Part shown: positions 48,582-57,324 of the stretch, piece after piece
How positions within the stretch are numbered: the stretch's first letter is position 1
Layout of the letters: each line of letters opens with the position of its first letter
Assembly: GCA_015060205.1 (NCBI GenBank)
Contig: SUYY01000002.1
Coordinates: forward strand, 1,719-65,718
Reading direction: 5' to 3'
Origin: Bacteroidales bacterium
GTDB taxonomy: Bacteria > Bacteroidota > Bacteroidia > Bacteroidales > UBA932
DNA length: 64,000 nucleotides
Made by a program: the position numbers and the translations under genes
The notes under the pieces: generated by a model
What the model was told of the DNA's origin: nothing
Databases searched by the model: none
Seen by the model: the letters and a program-made list of their open reading frames with translations, nothing else

Positions 48582-49724
48582 TTACTTCTGTGATGTCAGT
48601 TCTTTCCATGCCTGTACGAACGATTCCGCAGTTTCCTGTGAAACCGTAAGTGAAGGCAGAAGGCGGATTACCTGTGCGCCAGCCGCTCCTGTGAAGAAAT
48701 GTCTTTCGAAGAGGAGGCGGTCACGCAGACCCACATATTCATCTTTCAGTTCAAGTCCTATCATAAGGCCCTTTCCGCGGTATTCCTTGAGGGCTTTGTC
48801 TATGTTTCCGTCAGCGCCGAAGGCCTTTTCGAAGTATGCTCCTATTTTGACCGCATTCTCGATAAGATGCTCGTTTTCAATTATATCCAATACTGCAAGC
48901 GCTGCTGTACATGCGAGGTGATTGCCTCCGAAGGTGGTACCGAGCATTCCGAAGGATGCCTTGACCGCCGGACTTATGATGACTCCGCCGATAGGGAAGC
49001 CGTTGCCCATGCCCTTGGCCATCGTCACTATGTCGGCACGGACTCCGCAGTGCTGGTGTGCATAGAATTTACCTGTCCTTCCATAGCCTGACTGTATCTC
49101 GTCAAGAATCAGAAGACATCCGTATCTGTCGCACAGTTCCCTGAGTCCATGCATGAATTCCGATGTCGGCTCGTATATTCCGGCAACTCCCTGTATACCT
49201 TCGATGATTACCGCAGCAAAATCTCCCTTTGACAGTTCTGCAGCAACTGCCTCAAGGTCATTCAGGGGCACGAATACAATGTTTTCTGTCGAATTGAACG
49301 GTGCCTGTATCTTCGGGTTGTCAGTTGCGGCAACTGCGCCTGATGTCCTGCCGTGGAACGCTTTGCGGAATGCAAGGACCTTAGCCTTTCCTGTGTGGAA
49401 TGACGCTGTTTTCAGTGCGTTTTCGTTCGCTTCAGCACCGCTGTTGCAGAGGAACAGTCTGTAGTCTTCATATCCGCATATGCGACCAAGACGTGCCGCC
49501 AGGTCGCTCTGCAGAGAGTTCTGCACTGCATTTGAGTAAAATCCCAGTTTTCCGAGTTGGTCGGAAAGCATCTTTACATAATGAGGATGACTGTGTCCTA
49601 CAGAAATTACAGCATGTCCACCGTAAAGGTCGGTGTAGATCTCACCGTTCTTATCCCATAATGTAGTATCGAGCCCTCGTACCGGCTCGATATCCCACAA
49701 TTTATATACTTCAAATAAATTCAT
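48582..49724 (-). CDS. argD: Acylornithine aminotransferase
   Basis: NSGAEANE, FHGRT, DEIQSG, AKGMGNG (PLP Lys) and TTFGGN motifs. Confidence 0.95.
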   Translation of the reverse strand: MNLFEVYKLWDIEPVRGLDTTLWDKNGEIYTDLYGGHAVISVGHSHPHYVKMLSDQLGKLGFYSNAVQNSLQSDLAARLGRICGYEDYRLFLCNSGAEANENALKTASFHTGKAKVLAFRKAFHGRTSGAVAATDNPKIQAPFNSTENIVFVPLNDLEAVAAELSKGDFAAVIIEGIQGVAGIYEPTSEFMHGLRELCDRYGCLLILDEIQSGYGRTGKFYAHQHCGVRADIVTMAKGMGNGFPIGGVIISPAVKASFGMLGTTFGGNHLACTAALAVLDIIENEHLIENAVKIGAYFEKAFGADGNIDKALKEYRGKGLMIGLELKDEYVGLRDRLLFERHFFTGAAGAQVIRLLPSLTVSQETAESFVQAWKELTSQK

Positions 49725-49734
49725 GATTCTTCTT

Positions 49735-50721
49735 TTAAAAAGCAGAAGGCTTGAGGTGAAGACCGGTGTCTTCCGGAAGCCCGAACATAAGGTTCATGTT
49801 CTGAACTGCCTGTCCGGCTGCACCTTTGACGAGATTGTCTATGCATGATGCTATATGTACATATCCGTCGTGAAGTTCCACATGGACAAGGCCCTTGTTT
49901 GTGTTTACCACTTCCTTCATGGATATCCCTTCCGTAGAATGGAACACAAACGGAGATTCCTTGTAGTAATCTTCATATAGTTTCCTGTAGTCTTCCAGAG
50001 TCTTGCCTTCTGTAGCCCTTGTATATACGCTTGCGAAGATTCCTCTTGTGAAATCGCCTCTGAGCGGCACAAAATTTACGACCGGTTCCTGTGCACCCAC
50101 TCTGACGAGGTTCTGGCGTATCTCCGCCAGATGCTGATGAGTGAACAGTTTATATATGGAAATATTGTCGGAGCGGTAACTGAAATGTGTCGTTTCTCCA
50201 GGTTTCTTGCCTGCTCCGGTAGATCCGGTGATGGCAGTCACATGTATTTCGTCATTGATCAGACCGGAAGCGGCAAGTGGCAGCAGAGCCAACTGTATCG
50301 CTGTGGCGAAGCAGCCCGGATTCGCTACGTCATGCGCAGAGCGGACCTGCTCACGTGCGCTTTCGCAAAGTCCATAGACGAACTGTCTGCCTGCATAGTC
50401 TCCGTCAAGTCTGAAGTCGTTGCCGAGGTCTATGATGCGGCATTCAGGCTTGATTTCATGTGTGTCAACGAACTGACGGGAGATACCATGACCAAGGCAT
50501 AGGAAAATGACATCAGGGTCGTTCAACTCCGTGCTGAAGCACAGGTCTGTCTCACCTATAAGGTCTCTGTGTACCGACGTTACGGGAGTTCCTTCAGACG
50601 ATGTGGTTGTCGCAGCCACAATTTCCACGTACGGATGGTTCAGAAGGATACGGAAAAGTTCTCCTCCTGTATATCCTGTACCTCCTGCTATCGCTACACG
50701 TATTTTGGGGGTCTGATTCAT
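49735..50721 (-). CDS. argC: N-acyl-gamma-glutamyl-phosphate reductase
   Basis: GGTGYTG, ANPGCF and DNLVKGAAGQAVQN motifs. Confidence 0.96.
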   Translation of the reverse strand: MNQTPKIRVAIAGGTGYTGGELFRILLNHPYVEIVAATTTSSEGTPVTSVHRDLIGETDLCFSTELNDPDVIFLCLGHGISRQFVDTHEIKPECRIIDLGNDFRLDGDYAGRQFVYGLCESAREQVRSAHDVANPGCFATAIQLALLPLAASGLINDEIHVTAITGSTGAGKKPGETTHFSYRSDNISIYKLFTHQHLAEIRQNLVRVGAQEPVVNFVPLRGDFTRGIFASVYTRATEGKTLEDYRKLYEDYYKESPFVFHSTEGISMKEVVNTNKGLVHVELHDGYVHIASCIDNLVKGAAGQAVQNMNLMFGLPEDTGLHLKPSAF

Positions 50722-50739
50722 GATCTGAAAATTATATGA

Positions 50740-51933
50740 CTATTCCTCGATTCCGCCGTTGACTGAGTAGTAGATCTTCAGAGGATTTGCGATTACCTTT
50801 GTGAATCCTACGATGTCGCGGCCTGTGTATGACTTGTTGATTTCGCCATATGCTCCGAACTTTGAACTCATCAGGTCGTGACTGCTTGTACATCCGAGTA
50901 CTGAAAAATGATATGGCATGAGTGCTATTTCCACCTCTCCGCTCACATTCTTCTCAATGCTGTCCATCATAGCCTCCATGTCGCGGCATACAGGGTCGAG
51001 GTACATCGCCTCGTGCATCTGCTGACCGTACCATCCTGCAATCTGCTCCTTCCAGTAGAGTTGACCCTTTGTGAGGGTGTGCTTCTCGAGAAGATGGTGT
51101 GCCTTTACGATGATCAGAGGTGCGGCAGCCTCGAAACCTACACGTCCCTTGATGCCGATGATGGTGTCGCCTATGTGGATGTCGCGTCCGATTCCGAACG
51201 GACCCGCTACGTCACGTACGGCCTTGATAACCTCTACAGGACTCATCTCAACTCCGTTGAATGACACAGGTTCACCTTTGCAGAAACCGATCTTGATATG
51301 TTCGGGTTCGGATTTTGTGATTTTGGTAGGATAAGCCTCTTCCGGAAGATAACCGTCGGATGAGAGTGTCTCGACACCTCCGATACTTGTTCCCCAGAGT
51401 CCCTGGTTGATGGAATATTTTGCCTTTTCCCATGAGAAGTCGAAGCCGTGGTTCTGAAGGAAATCGATCTCGAACTGACGTGTGAATCCCTCGTCGCGAA
51501 CAGGTGCTATGATTTCTACCTCAGGAGCGAGGATTTCGAATACTATGTCGAAACGGACCTGGTCGTTGCCGGCACCTGTACTTCCATGTGCAACAGCGTC
51601 AGCACCGAGTGCCTTCACATGATTGAGGACCTCAAGTGCCTGGAACACACGCTCTGAACTTACGGAAAGCGGATATGTCGCATTCTTCAGGATGTTTCCG
51701 TAGATGAGGTACTTGATTCCCTTGCTGTAATAAGTGTCAACAGCGTTCACATTCTTGTGTGAAGCCGCACCAAGAGTGAGTGCGCGCTCTTCGATCGCCT
51801 TTTCCTCTTCTTCAGAGAAACCGCCGGTGTTAACCATTACAGTATGTACTTCATAACCTTTTTCCTTAAGGTAAGGGACACAGAATGATGTGTCAAGTCC
51901 GCCACTGAAGGCGAGTACAACTTTCTTGCTCAT
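50740..51933 (-). CDS. argG: Argininosuccinate synthase
   Basis: LAFSGGLDTS and HGSTGAGNDQVRF motifs. Confidence 0.96.
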   Translation of the reverse strand: MSKKVVLAFSGGLDTSFCVPYLKEKGYEVHTVMVNTGGFSEEEEKAIEERALTLGAASHKNVNAVDTYYSKGIKYLIYGNILKNATYPLSVSSERVFQALEVLNHVKALGADAVAHGSTGAGNDQVRFDIVFEILAPEVEIIAPVRDEGFTRQFEIDFLQNHGFDFSWEKAKYSINQGLWGTSIGGVETLSSDGYLPEEAYPTKITKSEPEHIKIGFCKGEPVSFNGVEMSPVEVIKAVRDVAGPFGIGRDIHIGDTIIGIKGRVGFEAAAPLIIVKAHHLLEKHTLTKGQLYWKEQIAGWYGQQMHEAMYLDPVCRDMEAMMDSIEKNVSGEVEIALMPYHFSVLGCTSSHDLMSSKFGAYGEINKSYTGRDIVGFTKVIANPLKIYYSVNGGIEE

Positions 51934-51991
51934 ATCTTTTATCTTTTAATTATTTCTTGTCAGTGAATTTGTTCCATGCGGGAAACCTTGT

Positions 51992-52561
51992 CTATAGTTT
52001 CGGCTGTGCCGGATTTACGACCTCGATGTGTTCGGCAGGGTCATAGAGAAGTCCGGTACACAGGCACATCCTGTATTGGTTGGACTCGAGGATCGGGAAA
52101 TTCCTGCAGCCCTGGCATCCTTTCCAGAATTCAGGGTCGTCAGTAAGAAGTGCGAAAGGAACAGGCCTGAATCCCAGTTCATAATTCATCTTCATGACTG
52201 CCGCTCCTGTAGTGATGCTGAATATCTTTGCTTCAGGAAAGAGTTCTCTGGACAGTTGGAATATGCGCCTTTTTATCCTCATGGCGATGCCGAGTCCTCT
52301 GAAGCCGTGAGCCACAATAAGTCCGGAATTGGCTACAAACTGTTTGTGTCCCCATGTCTCGATGTATGAGAATCCTGCGAAACTGCCGTCTTCGGCTATG
52401 GCTATCACTGCCTTGCCGGCCTTCATTTTTTCGATGACATACTCGGGTGTCCTGCGGGCGATACCGGTGCCCCTTTCCCGAGCGGAAATAAATACTTCCT
52501 CGCAGATCTCGTCTGCATATCTGGCGTGGCTTTCATTAGCCACAAAAACATCCACCTGCAT
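51992..52561 (-). CDS. GNAT N-acyltransferase (Bacteroidota-type acylglutamate synthase)
   Basis: RGTGIARR, VANSGLIV, FRGLG and FWKGC..C...CLCTG; first gene of the arg operon. Confidence 0.8.
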   Translation of the reverse strand: MQVDVFVANESHARYADEICEEVFISARERGTGIARRTPEYVIEKMKAGKAVIAIAEDGSFAGFSYIETWGHKQFVANSGLIVAHGFRGLGIAMRIKRRIFQLSRELFPEAKIFSITTGAAVMKMNYELGFRPVPFALLTDDPEFWKGCQGCRNFPILESNQYRMCLCTGLLYDPAEHIEVVNPAQPKL

Positions 52562-52724
52562 AATAATCAAGCAGTTACAAAACCTACACTAAATATGTTC
52601 AATGCTGCGGATTGCCCTCGAATGAGGAAGCGATAAGGGAGCCTCACTTGCAAGACAAACCGAGATTGTCAATTGCCATTTGAGGGAATGAACCCCTTCT
52701 GCAATCATAATCATGGCAAAGATA
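52562..52724 (-). promoter_or_regulatory. arg operon promoter and structured leader containing a 41-codon uORF (52589-52714)
   Basis: TATCTTTG at 52717-52724 on the minus strand, several nested stems and a hand-translated uORF. Confidence 0.55.
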
Positions 52725-52789
52725 CATATTTTCTGCAAAATTTGCTACCTTTGCCGAAATTTTATGAACGATATATAACCTTTTTACAC

Positions 52790-53023
52790 GTGGCTGGAAG
52801 AAAGAAGATTCAAAAGGGTGTCGATCCCGAATATCTCAAAAAGCAGAAGGAATCGCTTGTCCGCCGTCATCGTCAGGTCATTTACCTGAATGACAGCGAG
52901 ATGGCTGCGATTCGCCAGTATTGTGACAAGTTTCGTGTAGGCACAAAGACAGTGCTTTTCCGAGAGGCCATCATGGAAAAGGTTCTAAAGGAACTGGATG
53001 ACAATCATCCTACCTTGTTCTGA
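52790..53023 (+). CDS. Small basic protein, ribbon-helix-helix-like, ending in PTLF
   Basis: GTG start after promoter TACCTTTG (52746-52753); RQVIYLNDSEMAAIRQY...TVLFREAI strand-helix-helix pattern. Confidence 0.65.
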   Translation: MAGRKKIQKGVDPEYLKKQKESLVRRHRQVIYLNDSEMAAIRQYCDKFRVGTKTVLFREAIMEKVLKELDDNHPTLF

Positions 53024-53041
53024 TATGTTTCCGATGGATTG

Positions 53042-53620
53042 TCATCGCCTGCCTTCCGCTTCGACGGCGGCATTGTAGCAATGTCTGCAGAGCGGTTCAT
53101 ATTCGTCTTTCTCTCCGAGAACCACTAGTGCATCATCTGATGTAAGCCGATGGGAGTGATTGGCCGGACTTCCGCATCTTACGCATATGGCGTGGACTTT
53201 CTGTATGTCCTCGGCAATCGCCATCAGTGCCGGCATAGGTCCGAAAGGCTTGCCCATGAAATCGGTGTCAAGACCGGCGATTATCACTCTGATTCCTCTG
53301 TTTGCCAGAGTCTGGACCACATCTACAAGGGTGTCATCAAAGAATTGTGCTTCATCGATGCCTACTACCTCCACATCGCTGGAGAGCAGGAGCATGCTTG
53401 CAGGGGAGTCGATAGGAGTGGACGGAATGCTGTGGGAATCATGTGATACCACCTGATCTTCAGAATATCTGACATCGATACATGGCTTGTATATCTCTAC
53501 CTTCTGCCTTGCAAACTGCGCTCTTTTGAGCCTTCTTATGAGTTCCTCTGTCTTTCCGGAGAACATTGATCCGCATATTACTTCGACTGAGCCTGCTTTT
53601 TTTGCACTTTCTAAAAACAT
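53042..53620 (-). CDS. tdk: Thymidine kinase
   Basis: [23 protein letters not shown] and YEPLCRHC motifs; start ATG 53620. Confidence 0.96.
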   Translation of the reverse strand: MFLESAKKAGSVEVICGSMFSGKTEELIRRLKRAQFARQKVEIYKPCIDVRYSEDQVVSHDSHSIPSTPIDSPASMLLLSSDVEVVGIDEAQFFDDTLVDVVQTLANRGIRVIIAGLDTDFMGKPFGPMPALMAIAEDIQKVHAICVRCGSPANHSHRLTSDDALVVLGEKDEYEPLCRHCYNAAVEAEGRR

Positions 53621-53701
53621 TTCCTTACTTTTGTGGATTGATAAACATATCCGCGGTTCCTTGAGGTCAAGCGGGACACAAATATAGAAATTAATTGCAT
53701 T

Positions 53702-54304
53702 ATGGAAAATAGAGAACAACAGATTTTATCGGAAATAAAATCACTGATGGCTTCCGTGAGGACACAACTTGAACAGTTGGACGCCAAGATGGCTCAGTTG
53801 CAGCAGATATATGACCCTCAGGAGTTTGAGGTGGAGCAGATCAGTCTGGATATCGAGGATTTTCCTCTTGAAGAGCCTGTTGATGCCGTCCTTGAAGAAC
53901 CTGTGGAACTTCCTCTTGAAGAGCCTGTTGCAGTTGAGGAACCTCTCTTCATGCCTGCCCCTGATGATGACCTTCCATTGGATGAGCCGGAGGATATGCC
54001 GCTCGCACCATCATCTGCCGTCATAGATGTCATGGCTCAAAGGCATGCCTGGAGAACCGATATGCCGGGAACTCCTGTCAAGGATATCCGTGGAGCCATT
54101 GCATTGGTGGACAGGGCATTGTTCATAAATACGCTTTTCAAGGAAGATGCCATGGGCTTTATGGACACACTCAATCATATCAATCAGTCTGCAAGTCTTG
54201 ACGAGGTCGTGGAATATCTTGCTTCAACGCATCCGGAATGGGACTTCGATTCGGATGTGGTCTACCGTTTCATGATGGCGGTGCGCAGGAAGATCAGCAG
54301 ATGA
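53702..54304 (+). CDS. Hypothetical protein: coiled coil, acidic EEPV repeat linker, helical C-domain
   Basis: [20 protein letters not shown]-terminal domain and (P)LEEPV repeats. Confidence 0.7.
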   Translation: MENREQQILSEIKSLMASVRTQLEQLDAKMAQLQQIYDPQEFEVEQISLDIEDFPLEEPVDAVLEEPVELPLEEPVAVEEPLFMPAPDDDLPLDEPEDMPLAPSSAVIDVMAQRHAWRTDMPGTPVKDIRGAIALVDRALFINTLFKEDAMGFMDTLNHINQSASLDEVVEYLASTHPEWDFDSDVVYRFMMAVRRKISR

Positions 54305-54360
54305 TTTCCCCGACATTGAATAAATGACATCCTGAACAGCAGGATACTAAAAAGGAAAAT

Positions 54361-55065
54361 ATGCCTGGAATATTATATATAGTGCCGACTCCGGTAGGAA
54401 ATCTTGAGGATATGACCTTCAGGGCCATCCGGGTCCTGAAAGAGGCCGACCTCATACTTGCTGAAGATACACGTACCAGTTCCGTACTTCTGAAGCATTA
54501 CGACATAAAGGGACGTCTGGAGTCCCATCACAAATTCAACGAGCACAAGACCTCGTCAATGATTCGTGAGCGTATCCTTGCAGGACTTAATGTGGCTCTT
54601 ATCAGCGATGCCGGTACTCCTGGAATTTCAGATCCGGGATTCCTTCTTGTGCGTACCTGTGTGCAGGAGGGGATCGAGGTGCAGACGCTTCCCGGCGCAA
54701 CTGCTTTTGTGCCGGCCCTGGTGTCATCAGGCTATCCTTGCGACCGTTTCTGCTTTGAAGGATTCCTGCCTCAGAAGAAGGGGCGTCAGACAAGGCTGAC
54801 CGAACTTTCGGAGGAAACGAGGACAATGATCTTCTATGAGTCTCCATACCGTCTGGTCAAGACTCTGGAGCAGTTTGCGGAGTTTTTCGGACCGGAGAGG
54901 GAGTGTTCGGTCGCACGAGAGATCTCAAAGAAGTTCGAGGAACATAAAAGGGGTACTCTCAATGAGGTGGCGCAATGGTATCGCGAACACGAACCTAAGG
55001 GTGAAATCGTGATAATTGTAGCGGGAGCACCTGACAAAAAACATAAAAAAGAGAAAAAAGAATAA
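54361..55065 (+). CDS. rsmI: 16S rRNA C1402 2'-O-methyltransferase
   Basis: PTPVGNLED, EDTR, SDAGTPGISDPG and YESPYR motifs. Confidence 0.96.
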   Translation: MPGILYIVPTPVGNLEDMTFRAIRVLKEADLILAEDTRTSSVLLKHYDIKGRLESHHKFNEHKTSSMIRERILAGLNVALISDAGTPGISDPGFLLVRTCVQEGIEVQTLPGATAFVPALVSSGYPCDRFCFEGFLPQKKGRQTRLTELSEETRTMIFYESPYRLVKTLEQFAEFFGPERECSVAREISKKFEEHKRGTLNEVAQWYREHEPKGEIVIIVAGAPDKKHKKEKKE

Positions 55066-55073
55066 GAAAAAGA

Positions 55074-55105
55074 AAAAATCGACATCCTCCCGGATGTCGA
55101 TTTTT
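55074..55105 (+). terminator. Intrinsic terminator after rsmI
   Basis: AAAAATCGACATCC-TCCC-GGATGTCGATTTTT. Confidence 0.75.
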
Positions 55106-55138
55106 ATTAATATCTATCTTTACGTCAGAAGTTTATGT

Positions 55139-56053
55139 ATGAGGCAGAATGACGATAAAAGACCTTCTGAATCTTTTGTGAGGGGTGTTGTGGCGTTGGT
55201 GTTCCTTGTTATAGGATATCAGGCTGCGATGTTTGTGTATAGGGCTTCCGTAATGAAGATTGCGGCAAACCGTGATGAACCTGATACTGTGTATGTATAT
55301 GAGACTCCGGACCATGCAGATCCCGCTACCTTGATTAAGGAGCCGCAGAAGACGGTCGGAAATGATGTTCCCGCCAACCGTACGGTCAGGAAAAATTCGG
55401 AACATGCTCCGAGGGCGGAGGCGGTAAGGAGTACTATGCCGCGCAGGAATGTCGAGTCATTCCGTTTTGATCCCAATACGGCAGATGAGGATATGTTTTG
55501 CCGTCTGGGTTTCAGTCAGAAGCAGGCCCGCTCCATTGTGAACTACCGCAACAAGGGAGGCCGATTCAGAAGGAAAGAGGATTTTGCGAAATCGTTTGTC
55601 GTTTCCGACAGCATATACAGACGTCTGGAACCTTACATTGACATACCTCTTCTGGATCTCAACCTTGCGGATTCTTCTGCCTTTGACGCCTTGCCAGGCA
55701 TCGGAGGATGGTATGCCATGAAGATGATGGAGTACAGAAGGAGGCTCGGAGGCTATTCCTACAAGGAACAACTGATGGATATATGGAAATTTGATAAGGA
55801 GAAATTCGATGCCTTGAAGGATCTCGTGACCCTCGCCCCGGAACACATGAACCCGTATCCGCTGTGGACCTGTTCTGCCGATTCTCTGCGGCTTCATCCA
55901 TATATCGGGAATTACGAGACGGCGAGGGCGATAGTCCTGTATCGGGAGAATACTCCGAAAAGCGAGTGGACAGTAGAAAAGATTTCCGCAGCAGGAATCA
56001 TTTCAGAATCCGCTGCGGAAAAACTCTCCAGATGTCTGATCGCTCAGCCTTAA
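55139..56053 (+). CDS. Helix-hairpin-helix (ComEA-like) membrane-anchored protein
   Basis: N-terminal TM; FDPNTAD, LDLNLAD..FDALPGIG and LHPYIG repeats. Confidence 0.85.
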   Translation: MRQNDDKRPSESFVRGVVALVFLVIGYQAAMFVYRASVMKIAANRDEPDTVYVYETPDHADPATLIKEPQKTVGNDVPANRTVRKNSEHAPRAEAVRSTMPRRNVESFRFDPNTADEDMFCRLGFSQKQARSIVNYRNKGGRFRRKEDFAKSFVVSDSIYRRLEPYIDIPLLDLNLADSSAFDALPGIGGWYAMKMMEYRRRLGGYSYKEQLMDIWKFDKEKFDALKDLVTLAPEHMNPYPLWTCSADSLRLHPYIGNYETARAIVLYRENTPKSEWTVEKISAAGIISESAAEKLSRCLIAQP

Positions 56054-56054
56054 A

Positions 56055-57083
56055 TCAGTCCTGTGCTGTGGCAAGTGCCTCACGGATCTTTGCTTCGATT
56101 TCGTCGCAGAGTTCCAGATTGTCAGTGAGCAGGGCCTTTACGGCCTCACGTCCCTGTGCAAGTTTGCTGTCTGCGTAACTGAACCATGATCCGCTCTTCT
56201 TGATGATGTCGTATTCCACAGCAAGATCAAGGATCTCTCCCACACGCGAGATGCCTTCTCCATAGACGATGTCGAACTCTGCCTTCTTGAAAGGAGGTGC
56301 CATCTTGTTCTTTACGATCTTGACCTTCGTGCGGTTTCCGAGAGCCTCGTCTCCGTCCTTGATCTGGGTTGTACGGCGTACGTCCACACGTACGGATGCG
56401 TAGAATTTGAGAGCGTTACCACCTGTTGTCGTCTCCGGGTTGCCGAACATCACGCCGATCTTGTCGCGCAACTGGTTGATGAAGATGCAGCAGGTGTTGG
56501 TCTTGCTGATGTTTGCAGTCAGTTTTCTGAGTGCCTGGCTCATAAGCCTGGCCTGAAGACCCATCTTCGAGTCTCCCATCTCTCCTTCAATCTCCGCTTT
56601 CGGAGTCAATGCTGCAACGGAGTCGATCACGATGATGTCGATCGCACCTGAACGGATCAGGTTGTCTGCAATCTCAAGTGCCTGCTCGCCGTTGTCCGGT
56701 TGTGAAATGAGCAGGGTGTCGAGGTCAACTCCGAGATTCTTTGCATAAGTGCGGTCAAACGCGTGCTCCGCATCGATGATGGCGGCAATTCCTCCCTGTT
56801 TCTGAGCCTGTGCAATTGCATGGATTGCCAGGGTTGTCTTACCGCTGGATTCCGGTCCGTAGATTTCGATGACTCTTCCACGCGGATAACCTCCGATACC
56901 GAGAGCCGCGTCGAGTGCTATGGAACCGCTCGGGATGACCGAAACTTCCCATTTAGGCTGATCCCCTAACTTCATGATCGTACCTTTTCCGTAGTCTTTC
57001 TCAATCTTGTCAATCGTCGCCTGCAATGCCTTGAGTTTCGCAGCATTGATACCGGTACCGTCCTGTACTTCTTCTTTAGCCAT
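56055..57083 (-). CDS. recA: Recombinase RecA
   Basis: [20 protein letters not shown] and INQLR...GGNALKFY motifs. Confidence 0.99.
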   Translation of the reverse strand: MAKEEVQDGTGINAAKLKALQATIDKIEKDYGKGTIMKLGDQPKWEVSVIPSGSIALDAALGIGGYPRGRVIEIYGPESSGKTTLAIHAIAQAQKQGGIAAIIDAEHAFDRTYAKNLGVDLDTLLISQPDNGEQALEIADNLIRSGAIDIIVIDSVAALTPKAEIEGEMGDSKMGLQARLMSQALRKLTANISKTNTCCIFINQLRDKIGVMFGNPETTTGGNALKFYASVRVDVRRTTQIKDGDEALGNRTKVKIVKNKMAPPFKKAEFDIVYGEGISRVGEILDLAVEYDIIKKSGSWFSYADSKLAQGREAVKALLTDNLELCDEIEAKIREALATAQD

Positions 57084-57113
57084 AAATGTAAAATTTAATA
57101 AAGTTTAATGCCG

Positions 57114-57145
57114 GCGGAACTGTTCCGCACGACCAAGCAAATGTA
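57114..57145 (-). promoter_or_regulatory. recA promoter with a downstream palindrome
   Basis: TACATTTG at 57138-57145 (minus strand) and GCGGAAC-T-GTTCCGC at 57114-57128. Confidence 0.55.
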
Positions 57146-57324
57146 ATGAAAATCTTTCATGAGGCAAAATTATTATATCTTTGTGCCAAAGCGTGGTACA
57201 TTGATTTTTGTCCATGCCCGAATGCAGATAAAAATTCAGCGTTCCGGACAACAATATGCACGATAAAGGTCATGATACATCCAAAAAATCCTTATTTTTG
57301 TATGTATTTTGAGTATATACGTTT

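Noticed and set aside
52562-52724. arg leader as a known riboswitch, T-box or tRNA
   Set aside because: No T-box consensus, no cloverleaf with a TTCG T-arm and CCA, and no TPP, cobalamin, lysine or SAM core motifs recognisable by eye.
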